Assembly: GCA_024704765.1 (NCBI GenBank)
Contig: JAKMXF010000099.1
Location: forward strand, 420,946 to 484,945
Origin: Oopsacas minuta
Taxonomy: Eukaryota > Animalia > Porifera
Length of the DNA stretch: 64,000 nucleotides
Direction: 5' to 3'
The translations under genes and the position numbers were made by a program. The notes under the pieces are model-generated. The model was given only the letters and a program-made list of their open reading frames with translations. It did no database searches and had not been told where the DNA came from. Below, one piece after another: positions 25,507 through 38,949 of this stretch. How positions within the stretch are numbered: position 1 is the stretch's first letter; the number at the start of each line of letters is the position of its first letter.

Positions 25507-28124
25507 TTAGCAAAAATTGGAATTGAAATCAACTCTAAGAGTAAACCGGAACAATGACCCAAATTCTATATTCTTGAAACTTTCATTTTTTGATAAATGA
25601 CTGTTCTAGTCATAATTCATTGCATAGAAAATTTCATATTGTTTCCATATGTTTCCTTTGAGCAGAACCTACTAAAGATTAGGCCTGATCACTGAGTCAT
25701 TTTCATTTGACTAGGGATTAAAGAAAGTGGATATATTTTAATGGGAAATTCTCTAATCGTCGACAAATTTGAAACTGGTACATTTTCACCAGAATACATG
25801 TATTATTGATACGCAAGAATTTACAAAAGCCACCTTATTGAAGATTTCCAGATCGATGTGACGTCGTCTACTAGCGTAATTGGAAAATATGTTGTAAAAA
25901 TGTTCCATCTTTGAAATCATGTAAAACGTTAATTATTACTCTACGTTCAATATGTTGAAATTCCAAATCATCTAAAACCGTTTCTACACAAATATATGAT
26001 ATTTGTCATAATACACCCTTTTCAGAGTTATCGCACAAACGATGGATGTCAAATGTTTTTCCAATATCCACTTATATCTCGATAATCGTGGAAATTATGC
26101 TCAAATCAGCATAGCCATTTATAGGATACGCCCAACTTCCCATATCTTGTGATATATTTTGAGATTGTGCGATAAATTTTAGCGATATCATATCAAAATA
26201 TATTACAAGAGTTTGGGAATTTGGGTATATTCTATACAATGGCTATCTTGATTTGAGCATAATGTCTGTGATTATCGAGTTATGTGAGGATATTAATATA
26301 ATAAAAGCCATCCACGGTCTGTATGTTAACCCGGAACAGTGAGACTCTACTTTGACATTTTTTATATTTGTATAGGAGACGGTTTTAGATTATTTGCTAT
26401 TTCAACATTTTGAACATTACTGACGTTCTACTTGATTTCAAAGATTAAGCATTTTTTCATACATACTTGCCAATTATGCTAACAAATGACGTCATTTCGC
26501 TTTGAAATTTTCAAATGTAGCTTTGTGAATTCTTACATATATATAATACATATTTTCGGGTGAAAATATGCCATTCTCATATTATTGGCGATAAACGAAT
26601 TTCACATTATATATGTCCACTTACTTTTATCCCTGGTTCATACTAGTAATCAGGCCTTATCCTTGGTAGGCTATGCTTTGAGTTATTTAAATTTTCGTGT
26701 GGGTGAGGACTTTGTTGAATTAAAAAGTTTATTTCTAATCAGATGGCTTGAGCTAAGAATTTTTAATAATAGGATAAAAAGAGCATGAAAATTTGTACAC
26801 TTGTCTTTTGAGGCTCCTGAACAATTTAGGATGGGAACCACTTTCAACGGATACAATTTCGATCCCATCTTGAATTTTTCAATAGCGGCTACCTGCTAAT
26901 TCGCCGATACATCCCCCAGGGGCTAATCTTTTCGAATCGCATCGAATCTTATTCAGTGTGAATTTAAGCATTTTGATAGGTCAATTGACCATAAATTTGG
27001 CAGTATTTTTCTATAGCAACGCAGGAATGTAACAACTTTCCCTTTTTATTTTTTATCCAAACCCAATCAAATGACCCCTCGTTCGACGCCACTAGGCGAG
27101 CTGACTCTAACTATATTCATATCCACCCTCTAAATTCGCGACTTTGAATGATAATGAATTTTCATTTATAGACATATGTTCACCCTCTATTAATAGATTC
27201 TTTATCGTATGTAATAGTTATTGTTAACTGAAATTTGAGACAATCAACCGACTTCCCAATGTATTGAATATCGTATATCCCCATGCAGATGAGCCTTTCA
27301 GGAATAAACCATAGATTTATGGCACCAATAAGACACATGCAAGAATTTAAATACACTATTTTTAGAATTTTGCCATAAATTTTTGTGCCAGTTACCGAGA
27401 TCTACATGATACGAAATGAATCAATTTTTAGCCATGTATTATTATCAAAATAGAAGACATAGTGCATTCATGATAAATATGTCGGAAACATTAAGAAAAT
27501 TGAGGGACAGGTGAGGTGGATATGTCTATAGCTAGACTTAGTTCGCCTAGCAGCGTCGAATGAGGAGTCACTCGATGGGGTTGAGACAAAATTTATGAAT
27601 GGAATGTTGTTACATTCCTGAGTCACATTCCTGATTTGCTTTGGAAAATACCGCCAAAAATATGGTCATTGACCTATCAAAATGCTTGAAATTGACACTA
27701 AATATGATTCGATGAGATTCAAAAAGATCAGCCCATGGGGGATGTATCGACGAATTAGCAGGCAGCCGCTAATGAAAAATTCAAGATAGGATCAAAATTG
27801 TATCCGTTGAAAGTGGTTCCTATCCTAAAATTGTTTAGGAGACTCGAAAGTATAAATGTGCCAATTTTCAAGCTTTATATCCAATTGTTAACACTTTTTG
27901 CTCCAGCCACCCTGACTCGAAAGAAATTTTGAATTTCAACAAAGCCCTCACCTTCACGAAATTTCATAACTCGAAGGGAACAAATGGAAACCACATGAAA
28001 TTTATATACAATGAATTATGACTATAAACAGTCATTTGCCAAAAAATGAAAGTTTAAGAGTATATATTTTTGCGCCATTGTTCCGGTTTACCCTCAAGTT
28101 GATTTCAGTTCCAATTTTGGCTAA
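25507..28124. mobile_element. Foldback-type non-autonomous element with ~520-bp inverted arms, interrupted by a nested MITE
   Basis: The left arm (25507-25662 plus 26676-~27030) is the diverged reverse complement of ~27600-28124 (ttagcaaaaattggaattgaaatcaac / gttgatttcagttccaattttggctaa). Confidence 0.75.
25663..26675. mobile_element. Foldback MITE, CATAGCCTAC family, 7-bp TSD
   Basis: Ends cagaacctactaaagattaggcc / ggccttatccttggtaggctatg. TSD ctttgag at 25656-25662 and 26676-26682. Diverged palindrome centred near 26175. Confidence 0.85.
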
Positions 28125-28523
28125 CAGTGACTGAGTATTGTATCTGCAGAAATAGATGTGTATAGGTGGAAATATATGCGGAGGATTTTAATTTCATGTG
28201 AATTTCATTACCCCGATTTACAGGGAAATCTATGAACTCGAATATATACAAAGTGTGCGTACACCCAAGAAATTCCATTGTAATATTATTATAATTGACT
28301 ACTATTTATCACGAATGTATTCACATTGCATTGCATGAGATGTGGCACATAGACTCATCAGAATTTACCATTGAAAATCTTGCACTCATTTAGATATTGA
28401 TAGTTTTACAATTTCTTATCAATGTGTGCCACTATGTTCAACTTTCCCATTGCCTCCATTGTGTGCTATATGGGATTAAGTGGTATATGGTGGCAATGAT
28501 TGTTAGTTTCCACGTAATCTGTT

Positions 28524-29102
28524 CAGGGTGTAACATAATTGATAACTTATAAAAATATATGCAGCAATTAAGGTTCGATAAATTTAGTGTCTAGACTATT
28601 TTCTTATACTTGTATATCCGCCTTTAAGTTTGAGACATTTTTGGTCCTTTCGGGCATACTACTCACCAGATTTGCGAGAATCTCGGGGGAAGTCTGAGAC
28701 CTTGCCATTTTCAACTGTTTTTCAAGCATATTTAAACTGGTTGCTCTTGCCATTTCATTATCCTTGCTTTGGACGATGATCCATGAATTCTGTATTGGCC
28801 TAATACCTTTCTCCCAAAATGAATTTAGATTGTCTTTACATCATTCTTGTGACTTTATGGCATTGTCAGCTGGTGCTCCATCCTGCTGAAAGATGTAACA
28901 GATTTGTTTGGGAGTAATCTTGACAAGAGCAGATCCAGTTTCCCTTTCCTCATTAACGCGATCTTCAGAGGATTCTTCAGTATATCTTCTAGAAAATATT
29001 TGCTTTTACTGTACATTACTTAGGCATAATAATGATAATAATAATAATAATAATAATAATCATCATCATCATCATCATAATGATAATAATAATAATAATA
29101 AT

Positions 29103-29180
<78 letters not shown>

Positions 29181-29365
29181 AATAAAGTGTTTACTAAAAA
29201 TGTATCTTAGAAGAAATTTAATTTTCTCATGAGGGGGCCGCTGAACGTTTTCCCTTGCCAATACACGAACATTTTATCTATTTGGTGTGTCGGATATAAT
29301 ATATTTGAGCGTGGTTGTATAGAAACTAGATATAGTTAGGCAGCCATCAATTATGTTACACCCTG
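28524..29365 (-). mobile_element. Internally deleted Tc1-like element containing a microsatellite
   Basis: TIR cagggtgtaacataattgat / atcaattatgttacaccctg+TA. Relic PNR.NVRVLARE..KIKF [repeat] MPK*CTVKA.YFLEDIL...YIFQQDGAP...KCLKLKGGY. Confidence 0.8.
29026..29184. repeat. Compound trinucleotide microsatellite (AAT)n/(CAT)n
   Basis: In the + frame: H-NN-D-N8-H6-N-D-N7-H25, i.e. two copies of a gat-(aat)n-(cat)n unit. Confidence 0.98.
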
Positions 29366-30559
29366 TAGATATTTGAGTTGAAAGGTGTGCAATGGTCATT
29401 TCTAGTGTGTAGAATAGGAGTTTTTGATCAAAATTGAAGTATCTCATATAAATTGAACTCATTAGTGTTAAATATTCGAGTTTGCTTACTACTTTTTCAT
29501 TGGAATTTTGGGTATTCGAATACTTTTGTAAGGGAATGTTCCTTAAATTCATCTTGATACCTACCTTCCTAGATACTATTTTCTGATATGGCTGGGATCT
29601 TTCCATATCCATTTGATTAGTAATGAAGCATGCTTCAAAACTCCATCTAATAATGGAAGAATCATTCTTTTATAATTTATTTAAATGCTGGCTGTATAAA
29701 TTCGTTCTAAAAATACTTGTTACGAATTCAAAAGTTAAATTTCATAATATTGAAAAGTAATGCGTACTTTTACATAGTTTCCAAGTCTCATCATTTCTAC
29801 CCAGTTCACTTTCACTATTGCGTTCTTACTTTAAATTTTAATGCTACATTATAATCATGGAGTTAACCATGAAAAGAACAGTGTTAAGTCATTATAGTAG
29901 CTAAAATCGTGTTAGAAATCTAGATATCGATATTTGACGGTCCCACGGATAGAAATTTGGAAACAACCAAATTTTCCTTGAAATTGTATGAATTTGTCAT
30001 GAGATGTCAATATAAAGAGTGATTTGTATCCATCTATTATGCATAGCCTAAACAGCTACTGTGCTGGACCCCTCAATCCGTATCCTATTTCATGTTCTCT
30101 GGCCTCATTGAAAGTGATTAAGGTCAATTGGATGCAATATTATTTAAATATATCATAATAGGGAATCAAGATAAGGCGAAAATGTGCCCTGTACTGTTTT
30201 GAGGGTCATTCTTATAGATTTCAAATTAGTGGCCTCAAATACAGAATACGATGGCGGTATCGCACCCAAGACAGTGATGGGTGTATCTATAGCATAAACT
30301 ATTTGGAGGAAAGCGATTAGGTATTACAATCCGGGATTCCGATATTAATGGCAATTTAAACAACTGCAGTAAATTGATTGAACCTTCAACTTTTAGCATG
30401 GGTGCCTTTGAAGGTGACAAACTAATTCCGCTCATACTATACTGCTACTCTCTGCAAAACCTTGTCGTATATTCTGAGGTATATTGATCTCTGAAAGAAA
30501 ATTAAAGTGATCTATATGTAGTTTATCACCAACCACTTGTAATTTTGAGGGTGGGCTGA

Positions 30560-31140
30560 TAGCTAGTATTTAACTAGAATTTCCTACTGCTTCTATCCGT
30601 GGCTGCTTCTTCCATTTTTGTCAAGCAGTTTATCGAAAATTACAAGATTTAGGTTTTTCTCAATTTATATTCTTGAAGAAAATCATCAAATATATATACG
30701 AAAGCTTCTTGCCCTGGCCTTCATCTCCATCGAAATCATCCCTGAAACATTCCAAGACAAGGGCTAAGGTATGTGTGCCCGGTTGAGTTACATGCAGTTT
30801 TAATTATTTTGAAAATTATTGGAAATAATTTGGGGCCATAAGCTCTTGAATATGTATGGGGTACAGAGAAGAACCAATAATGATCTTAAGGTATAATTCA
30901 GGCGATAGGGAAAATACATACGAATATTTATGAATTTATATCAAAGTTAGTCAAAGAGCATGGAAGTACAGAAACTGTACTAGCTCAAATTGCCACAGGG
31001 AATGTCAGGACTCATAGTAAATTATAAAGTATAAATAAATTCCTGAAAATCAAATACCTTACACAAGATTTCAAGTCAGGACAAAGGATTTAGACAAATA
31101 TTTGACCGGAATAGCTCACAATTTTTCACAGCTTACCAGT
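30560..31140 (+). pseudogene. MuDR/MULE transposase C-terminal fragment
   Basis: IRGCFFHFCQAVYRKLQDLG (CxxH motif), RKLLALAF, RRTNNDL, HTNIYEFI. Followed by short aataagttcgctca tandem repeats at ~31320-31380. Confidence 0.85.
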
Positions 31141-31899
31141 AATTCCCTATTAGGCACATATTCCTCTTCATTATTTCATTAGTTTTTAAATATTTAGTGT
31201 ACTTCCTACGTATTATACTCAATATTATCTGTTCGACTCTTTATGTACTTCATTATCTGTATTCGAATCTTAAATTCTCCAAATATATACAATTCTACTT
31301 TCCTTAATAAGTTTCACTCAAACGGGTTCCCTCAAGTGGGTTCGCTCAAATAAGTTCGCTCAAATAAGTTCGCTCAATTGGGGACAAATCAATAACATCC
31401 TACAGCCATAGTAGCGAGATCTAGGTCATCCGTGGTTATTTGAGAAATTGACCTACCTGTGAGTTTTTATGGTAGAATCCCTGTATATATACATTTTTTT
31501 CAATGTATTCCATAAATTTGCCACTAATTTATATCAAAATTTTATCTTATCACAAAATTTCTTATTTTTGAAATTATTCCCTATTAATCTTGCCCGTAAT
31601 CGAAAGTTTCCTGTTCGTGTATTTAGCTATTTGTGACCTTGCGCATACTAACAATACATAGCGATTTAAAATCAGACGGTAGTGTGATATCCACGATGTT
31701 ATTGTACTTGCTTGTTAAAATCAGACACAATATGGTTCATCATTTTCTGGGATTGGTTGACAATTGTGTTGTATTGTGGTTAGTACTAGAGAATTCGAAT
31801 TAAGGGCCAAATTGGTAGGGTTAGGTTCCAACAATCATATCATTGCGTAAGCCTCTTTCTTGATTTATTATAATTTTAATTAGTGTATCTATTTTCTAG

Positions 31900-32089
31900 T
31901 TAGATCAATCTCAATTTTTGAGAAATCAATCATTTAACAGAGTAGATGTGAATGAACCTATTATTCCTTCACTCGACACATCTCCTTCTCCAGCCTCATC
32001 ATTTTCGGCCAATACTCAGTCTATTACAACTTCAGGAAATGATGAGAATACAATGGTGCCAGCACCAGCTGCAGAAATTCACACAACTG
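31900..32089 (+). CDS. WWP1/ITCH-like: Exon: S/T/P-rich linker between C2 and WW1 of the WWP/ITCH-like gene
   Basis: Acceptor ttttctag (31898-31899), donor gtaatt (32090). Open frame LDQSQFLRNQSFNRVDVNEPIIPSLDTSPSPASSFS...EIHTT; begins phase 0 (matches the 501 donor) and ends phase 1 (matches 37502). No sequence similarity evidence. Confidence 0.6.
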
Positions 32090-33354
32090 GTAATTTACAA
32101 AGATTTGTATGGGAGAATAACATGTTTCCCTAATCTATGTGAAAGATAGGGCAATTCATTTACATCACGGCCATGGTTATGGCATTTGTATATTTCGATT
32201 AGGGAATGTACAATCCGCATCGAGATCCTTTTTTTCAGCATCGGAAGGGATCACCTGTATAATTTTATAGTTCTAGCGCACTTCGCTTGGGTAGTCCCTG
32301 TCCGAGAGCTTAGTGCCTCAGGTTAGCTTCAGTATTAAACAGTTAAATTTCTTGATGCTTTTGGTTGCCACGCGACTGGATATACCACTACGTGCCTTGA
32401 GATTAACTGCGAAAATTTAATTTTTTATTATCCATGGTCGATCCAAATTCCTTGAATTGCCTTCTGTGTTAATACTAGAGTTTCTGTGTCTTTTGGTTAG
32501 GAATCTTGGCATTTAGTGCCTCGTGTATTAAGAAATTCTATCTAACATTTGGAAAAATACTCCAAATGTTCGAAATTCTAAAAGTATTTGGAAAAATACT
32601 TTTGTATATTCATGGTGACGTGACCATTCCATAATGAGTTTGCATTTGGTCAAAATCATGATGTCAGGACATTTGCCCCAATAAGAAGTACCTCAAATTT
32701 CAATCTTCGGTCATTTTTATTGGCAGAGCAGCGGCAAATATGTGATTTTAACATCAAAAGGTGACAATAACGTCATAATTTCACCATAGGTGTGAATTTT
32801 CGTCCAAAACTCTAAATTTCCAAGCCAGACCCAATATAACCCTGGCACTTCCAGTTTCTTCAATTAATTCTGGACATGCAAGCATGCAAACATATATAGA
32901 TAGATATATACTGATTAATAGTATTTTTGTGTAACAAGGCCGTAGCCACTGGTCAGGTTGGTTAGGTTTCAACCAGGCCACTTTTGGCGACTAAATTTCC
33001 CCATATGGCACCAAACGGTCAGATTTGTTGGCTTAGCATGACCACTCAGTCAAGTTGGTCAGGTTATGGTCGGGTTTCTTCCAATTGTTAATTAACAGGT
33101 ATTTAACCATTCCCAAGCATAGGAATGTTGTAAGATCTTAGTTATCAAGCTTTTTCTAATATTTCTTTGCCACATACGTATGGTTATGTTCGAACTACTA
33201 TTGCCCTGATTTCAACACGTAACTACTATCTGAGATCGATTTAGATCCTTCTGGCGTTCTTGGTATACTTATAACCCACTCTTGAAGAATATTTATAAAT
33301 ATCATTGACTTAGAATTATGGCCCTGGCTAGAGTCACACTTTTATATAATTTAT

Positions 33355-33530
33355 CAGGGCCGTAGCCATCGGTCCGGTTAGTCGTTGGTCAGGTTTCAAC
33401 CTGACCGATTTTGTTACAATATTTTTCAATAATTCACCAACTGGTCCAGTTGTACAAGTTAACCTGACTAATTTGTCTTGTTTGTGCTGTATTCAACCGA
33501 ACCACTTGTATTTTCATGGCTACGGCCCTG
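33355..33530. mobile_element. hAT-like MITE
   Basis: 15-bp TIR cagggccgtagccat / atggctacggccctg with internal aacc-type repeats; related fragment at ~32936-33070. Confidence 0.7.
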
Positions 33531-34158
33531 GTGTATGATCGTCTTTGTGAACGGATCATTAATTTTTAAAAAAGCATCCTAACCTTATAACTCGGTAATT
33601 GACGTGCACTCGGATAGTACGTACTAATTTTTGTATCCCAAATGGGTTTTATCTGAGTTACATAGTATATTGTTAAGATTGAATATCGTGCACAGAGTAG
33701 AACTAACTCGAAACTCTCAGTTAACTGAATACGGCCAGGAAATGTCTCATTTTATGACGCCAAAAGGGTGCTGATATCTTGATTTGTGTATGGAAATCGG
33801 TTAAAACGAAGTGTTGAAATTATTGGATCCTTTCGTTACGAACGTAACACTTCGACCTTGAGCAGTTAAATAACTCAAATCCATTCTTATGTTAAATTCG
33901 CTCCTATTTGTCTAAGATGGATAAGAATAGTTCTGTTGACTAGATTCCAAATGGTCTTGATTTTTAAATAGTCAATTAAATGACAGGTGCGGCACCAGCA
34001 GTTACCGCGAGCTTCGTATCTCTTGTTGAAACAATCGGCTGATTTGCTAGGCTTGCATTACATTCATGTTGGAATTAATTCAGGTATGATTGTAAATCGA
34101 GTTGTTGGTTTTTACAAGTATTTTCGAATGGAATTTGCCGTCTGCTTTATCCCTAGGG

Positions 34159-35310
34159 CAGGGGACGGCAGATAGTTTTCGAATGGTATGCTGACCCAAT
34201 TTTCAATTTCTAGAAGTACTTAGTAATTCTGTTTGGTTTTAATTATGATTCGAGACCTATCAAAGTAAACCGTACTTATGACAGTATGTAATAGTTGGTA
34301 AATTATGTAAGATGTATAATTACCTGTATACATTTTGTAGCGAATTTTGAATGGACAAATTATAGCTGCGCTTTTAGGATTTCAATTTCTACATAATTTC
34401 ACATCTATTGATTCTTTAACTGGTACTCAAATGACAAATTCTTCACTTATGGACACAGATAAAAAACGAAAATATAGTGATAATTATAACCAACACGGTT
34501 TCACACTGATCCTGAAAATTGGACGTGAACTACCACGTGTGTAGTGTGCTATAAAGTACTTTCTGACCATTTTATCTTACTCAAGGTGCATCTCAACGGA
34601 TGTCATCCAGAACTAGCGGATAAAGAAGTTGGATACTTCAAACGAATGTAAGGAGTGAAGAAAGTTCGTTTTGGTAGGAGTGGTCAGGTACATCAAAAAT
34701 AATCAAGTAAGCTTTCATGCGTCACACATGGTTGCTCTGAGAATCGCTCAAGAGAAAGCGCCACATACAATCGCTGAGAATGTTATACTACCATGTTGTA
34801 AGGGTATCGTTCGCTGAGTAATTGGGGATTATGGAGAAAACAAGATCGCCTGTGTGCCTCTCTCCAATGACACAGTTTAGCGACGAATATGTGATATTGC
34901 AGAAGATATTGAGAGACAGGTAGAACTAAAAATATTTAAACAAATTTGCAAATCAGCAAGACGAGTCGACCGATGTATCAAATTCCGCTCAGCTCCTTGT
35001 TTCTGTACGGTACATTAGAAATGGAGACTTCAAGAAATTCCTGTTTTGTCATTGTCTGGAATCCATAACAAGATTATTTGCACAGGAGTTTCTGAATATT
35101 TGAGAGAAGAGGATTTTCAGGGAGCAATCTGAGTGTGTGTACCACTGATGGTGCTCCTGCCATGCTTGGAATTCGCGCCGGATTCCGAGCACGAGTGAAA
35201 GCAGTCAATCCTGATACTAAGCTTATCCACTCTATGATTCACAGAAATGCTCTGACATCTAAAACACTACCTCCAGAGCTAAAAGCAACCCTTGACTATG
35301 TAATCAATAC
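34159..35310 (+). mobile_element. Buster/Charlie (ZBED5/8-like) hAT, 5' part, degenerate
   Basis: Starts CAGGGG. KKRKYSDNY...GFT; KAPHTIAENVILP; PLSNDTV; DESTDV; TDGAPAMLG; IHSMIHRNAL. Confidence 0.88.
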
Positions 35311-35593
35311 TTGTTATGGTGAAAAACAGAAAGAATCAGTTAAGACTACCTAGAAACTTCAGACGCCCATCCTTCATCCTTGTCTAAGGCGCATTAAAAT
35401 CATGACATCAAAATTCATATAAATGCTCATCGAAAATTGAATTTTTTGAATATTTGAAATTCTTGTATTTCGATGAATTAATGTCACTTATTCATTCATA
35501 TGCATTGAGTTATACAGGTTATCCGGAGTACGCTCCTAGCTGTCCTCCTCTCAAATTTAGATACGCCTAAATCAGAAAATTAGTGTTACAGTA

Positions 35594-36902
35594 CGAGGGT
35601 CAGTCCAAAGGTTTTGTCGTGCACAAGAAATATGATAACAAATTTAATCTAACTTCCACAGTTTCTCAGAATAACGACCACAACAATCTATGCAAAGTTG
35701 CATACGATGAAACCAACTGTCGAAACAATTATGCCATTTTTTCCTCTGACAGGCTCCAAAGGGCCTCTTCAAATGCCAGACGAGCCTCTTCATGACTCTA
35801 AAACCTTATTCCACGGATCTTTTCCTTGATTGTTGGGAACAAGAAAAAGTCGCATGGAGCAAAGTCTGGACTGTAAGGTGGATGCAATACCAACTGGACC
35901 GAATTTTCGGCCAGGAAGTCCAATGTTTGGCTGTTGTGTGTGCAGATGCATTATCGTGGTGAAGGAGAAGTCCTCTGATACCGGTCTTAGGGCGACGAGA
36001 ACTCCAGCTTCGAAAGCCTTGGGTATGCAATTGTTAATGTACCAATCAGCATTGACGGTACGACGATCCTTGAGAGGAATTATTGCTACTGGGCCAGTCT
36101 TATAGAAAAAGTAGCCACCCTCTTCTTCCCAACGCTGCGAGCCCGGCGAACTTTAACAGGGGGATCTAGCCAAGAAACGCCTAGATTGAAGATTGTCGCT
36201 TTGTTTCCGGATCGTACTGATATATCCATCTCTCATCACATCTTAGTATGTCGTAAACTAGTTTAGACTCTCCTCCTTTAAATTTCTTGAGCATGAACTT
36301 GCACCATTCTACACTTGTCTCTAATTGCATTTCAGAGGATTATGAGGAATCCATCGGACCGCAAGCCTTCTGACACCAAGATAATCATGTAGAATAGTAT
36401 TGATGGCGGATTTCCCGATCTTTAGGGTCTCAACAAACTGCTCATAGCTGATGCGGCTATCCTCTCTGATTAATATCTCGGCAGCAGTAATAGTCTCTGG
36501 AGTGACAGCGGTTGTAGGTCGCCCAGACCTAGCTTCATCTTGTAGTGACGTTCTCTCCCACCTGAAATATAGATACCAACGCTCCACTGTACGCTTAGAT
36601 GGAACTTGATCTTGGAAAACTTCCACCAAGTTTTCATGATTCTACTCCACTGATATCTTACGCATAAACTCATAAAACATCATGGCTCTAAAATCCCTTC
36701 TTTCCAGTTCCATTCAGAAATAATAACATCTGTATATAGGTTTATGGATAAAATACCGCTACTTAGAGAATGAATGTTGAATATAGCTCAAATTATTAGT
36801 AGAGTCATTATATACGTATATATCTAAGTATATAGTGTTGTATTTATTTGATTGAAGAAAAAATAGAACCTTTGCACGACAAAACTTTTGGACTGACCCT
36901 CG
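35594..36902 (-). mobile_element. mariner (DD34D-type) element, full length, transposase disrupted (about 35644-36713)
   Basis: ~30-bp TIR (TA)cgagggtcagtccaaa.gttttgtcgtgca, TA flanks. RSGRP, RWIPH, LLHHDNASAH, and a HPPYSPDLAPCDFF-like motif across frameshifts. Confidence 0.93.
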
Positions 36903-37501
36903 TATAGGAGAGATCCTCAATTTTATGCTCCAAACATGAAATCGTAAAAATCATATGCCTAGAGTAGCGTCTAGCGCACCTAGCTAATTTCTTGTTCATA
37001 CGGTATTAATATTCAGCACGTTTTCTTTAGAATAGATTTCTTAACATATCTTTTATCATTTCGTCAAAATTCATGAATCTACTTTTGATAAATTTTATTA
37101 TTTTCATGTCCATTGAATAAATTTTAAAATTTTTCTTCCAACAAGCTATCGTTCAACATGAATCATAGCCTACTTTACATAAGGCCTGATAGTAAAGTCG
37201 AAATTTCGCACCAGGGATGAAGCATAAGGGCAAATTTTAAGCACCCTCATGCTAAATTCGTTTTATTGCAAAATTTATTACTTTCTTTACTTCTAGTTAT
37301 ACTTATTTCAAGTCACTTATTTGCCTTTAGTTGGTCTTTTCTCGCTTATTCAGGGTAATACAATTTACTCATCTTTAGCAGGCCAGTGAAGTCATTTATA
37401 CGATTATTGAATCAGTGACGCCTTTCACTGAATATTTCCTTGTCTAATTTTAACTTTCCACTTTTCTTTCCTATTTATTGTTTTATGTGCAATGCTTGTA
37501 G

Positions 37502-37882
37502 GTCCTACAAGTTATGAACTTCCGGATGGTTGGGAGATGAGATATGATAAACATGGTAGAGCTTATTTTGTTAATCATAATTCACGGAAAACTCAATGGG
37601 ACCCACCACTTCCTAAAGGTTGGGAAGAGAGAAGAGATCCCCATGGTCGTGTGTATTATGTTGATCATAACTCTAGATCAACTACTTGGCAAAGGCCAAC
37701 CCGAGATTATATTCGACGTTTACAGAATTACAAATCTCAAATGGCTCAACAACAGGACCCAAATTCGCAACGTATCTTTATGTCAAGGAAACTTCCCGGA
37801 ATTGACATTTCTCCTGGATCTTCAGACCCTGATGGTTTAGGGTCACTTCCCGATTCCTGGGAGATGAGGCAAACTCCCCAAG
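37502..37882 (+). CDS. WWP1/ITCH-like: Exon: WW1, WW2 and the first half of WW3 of a WWP/ITCH-like E3 ligase
   Basis: Polypyrimidine tract plus tgtag acceptor (37500-37501), donor gtaagg (37883). [30 protein letters not shown] directly joined to [30 protein letters not shown], then [13 protein letters not shown]. Tandem WW1-WW2 arrangement typical of WWP/ITCH/Su(dx). Confidence 0.92.
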
Positions 37883-38949
37883 GTAAGGATACCTATTTTA
37901 TTTATAGCAAAACCTTTACGAGTGAGTGGTAAAGTAGGACCTGATATTTTTGCAATAATGGATTTATTTAACAAAATTTTCTTTCAAAGAATGCGTATAA
38001 TATGTGGTTTCTGCTGTAGTACTGGAATATTCTGATGTTCCTTTCCAGTTTGATTTCTTATTGTAACCTTCACTATTAGTAGCAATAGTTAACTAGTGAA
38101 CAAACGTGGACACAGTTAACCAAACACAACCTTGTTAATCGTTAATCCGTTAACCTAAAGGTTACTTCGTCAACACCAGGGGCGTCGCCACGGGGGCAGC
38201 ATTGAGGGCAATGCTCCCCTGGCAAAATCTCGTGCCCCGATGCATGCCCGTTGGCTCAATTGTAAGTTGAACAATTTCTGCGCGCTTCGCTCGCATCGTA
38301 CCCTCATTATTTTATAACGCAACCCAAAAATCAGAAATTATCTTGTAATAATCTGCTGACCTAAGTATTAATTATTCTTTCAGTATTACCTTGAGCAAAT
38401 GTTTATTCTTATTCATGTACGTAAAGTACAAGTCAAACTGAAAAAAATCATCCAATCCAAGTGTTTATTACGCAGTTATGAGAAATGTTTCAAGACCCAA
38501 AGCAACTTGACAGTAGAAAGGTAATTAATGTTGTAACAATTATAGCTTGTTGTTCAGAGGCTACGTCTCGACTCCACTGGAAGACTTCAGCTCCCCATTT
38601 TCCTGTAGAATTTCTCCTAAAAATGGGTCAACCTCGGAAAATTGTCTACAAAATTTTTTACATATAGTTGGCAGGGGATTTTTCTGAGCTTTTCAATGAT
38701 TTTGTCATGTTATTTTTCCGAACGCTAACACAAAAACGACAAAGCCACCGTTTAAAAGTTTGCACGTGTGATAGTAGTGACCATCCATATTCACTACTAT
38801 CACTCAAGAACGTGCGAACTTTATTATGACAAATTTTTATACGTTTTCTATACAGCTTTAGATTTTGTTTCATTTTTTATACATTGACTTTGAATTCAAA
38901 GATGCGATATTTAAAAGTTCTAAGCGTCATCAATTATTGAGCAATTTTT

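Noticed and set aside
28908-29261. Poly-His/Asn, poly-Met and poly-Ile ORFs
   Set aside because: Translation artefacts of the trinucleotide microsatellite inside a Tc1 relic; no splice or domain support.
18881-32785. Inverted ~140-bp pair as TIRs of a 14-kb giant element
   Set aside because: No defined termini or TSD, and it would enclose a host exon; more likely two dispersed copies.
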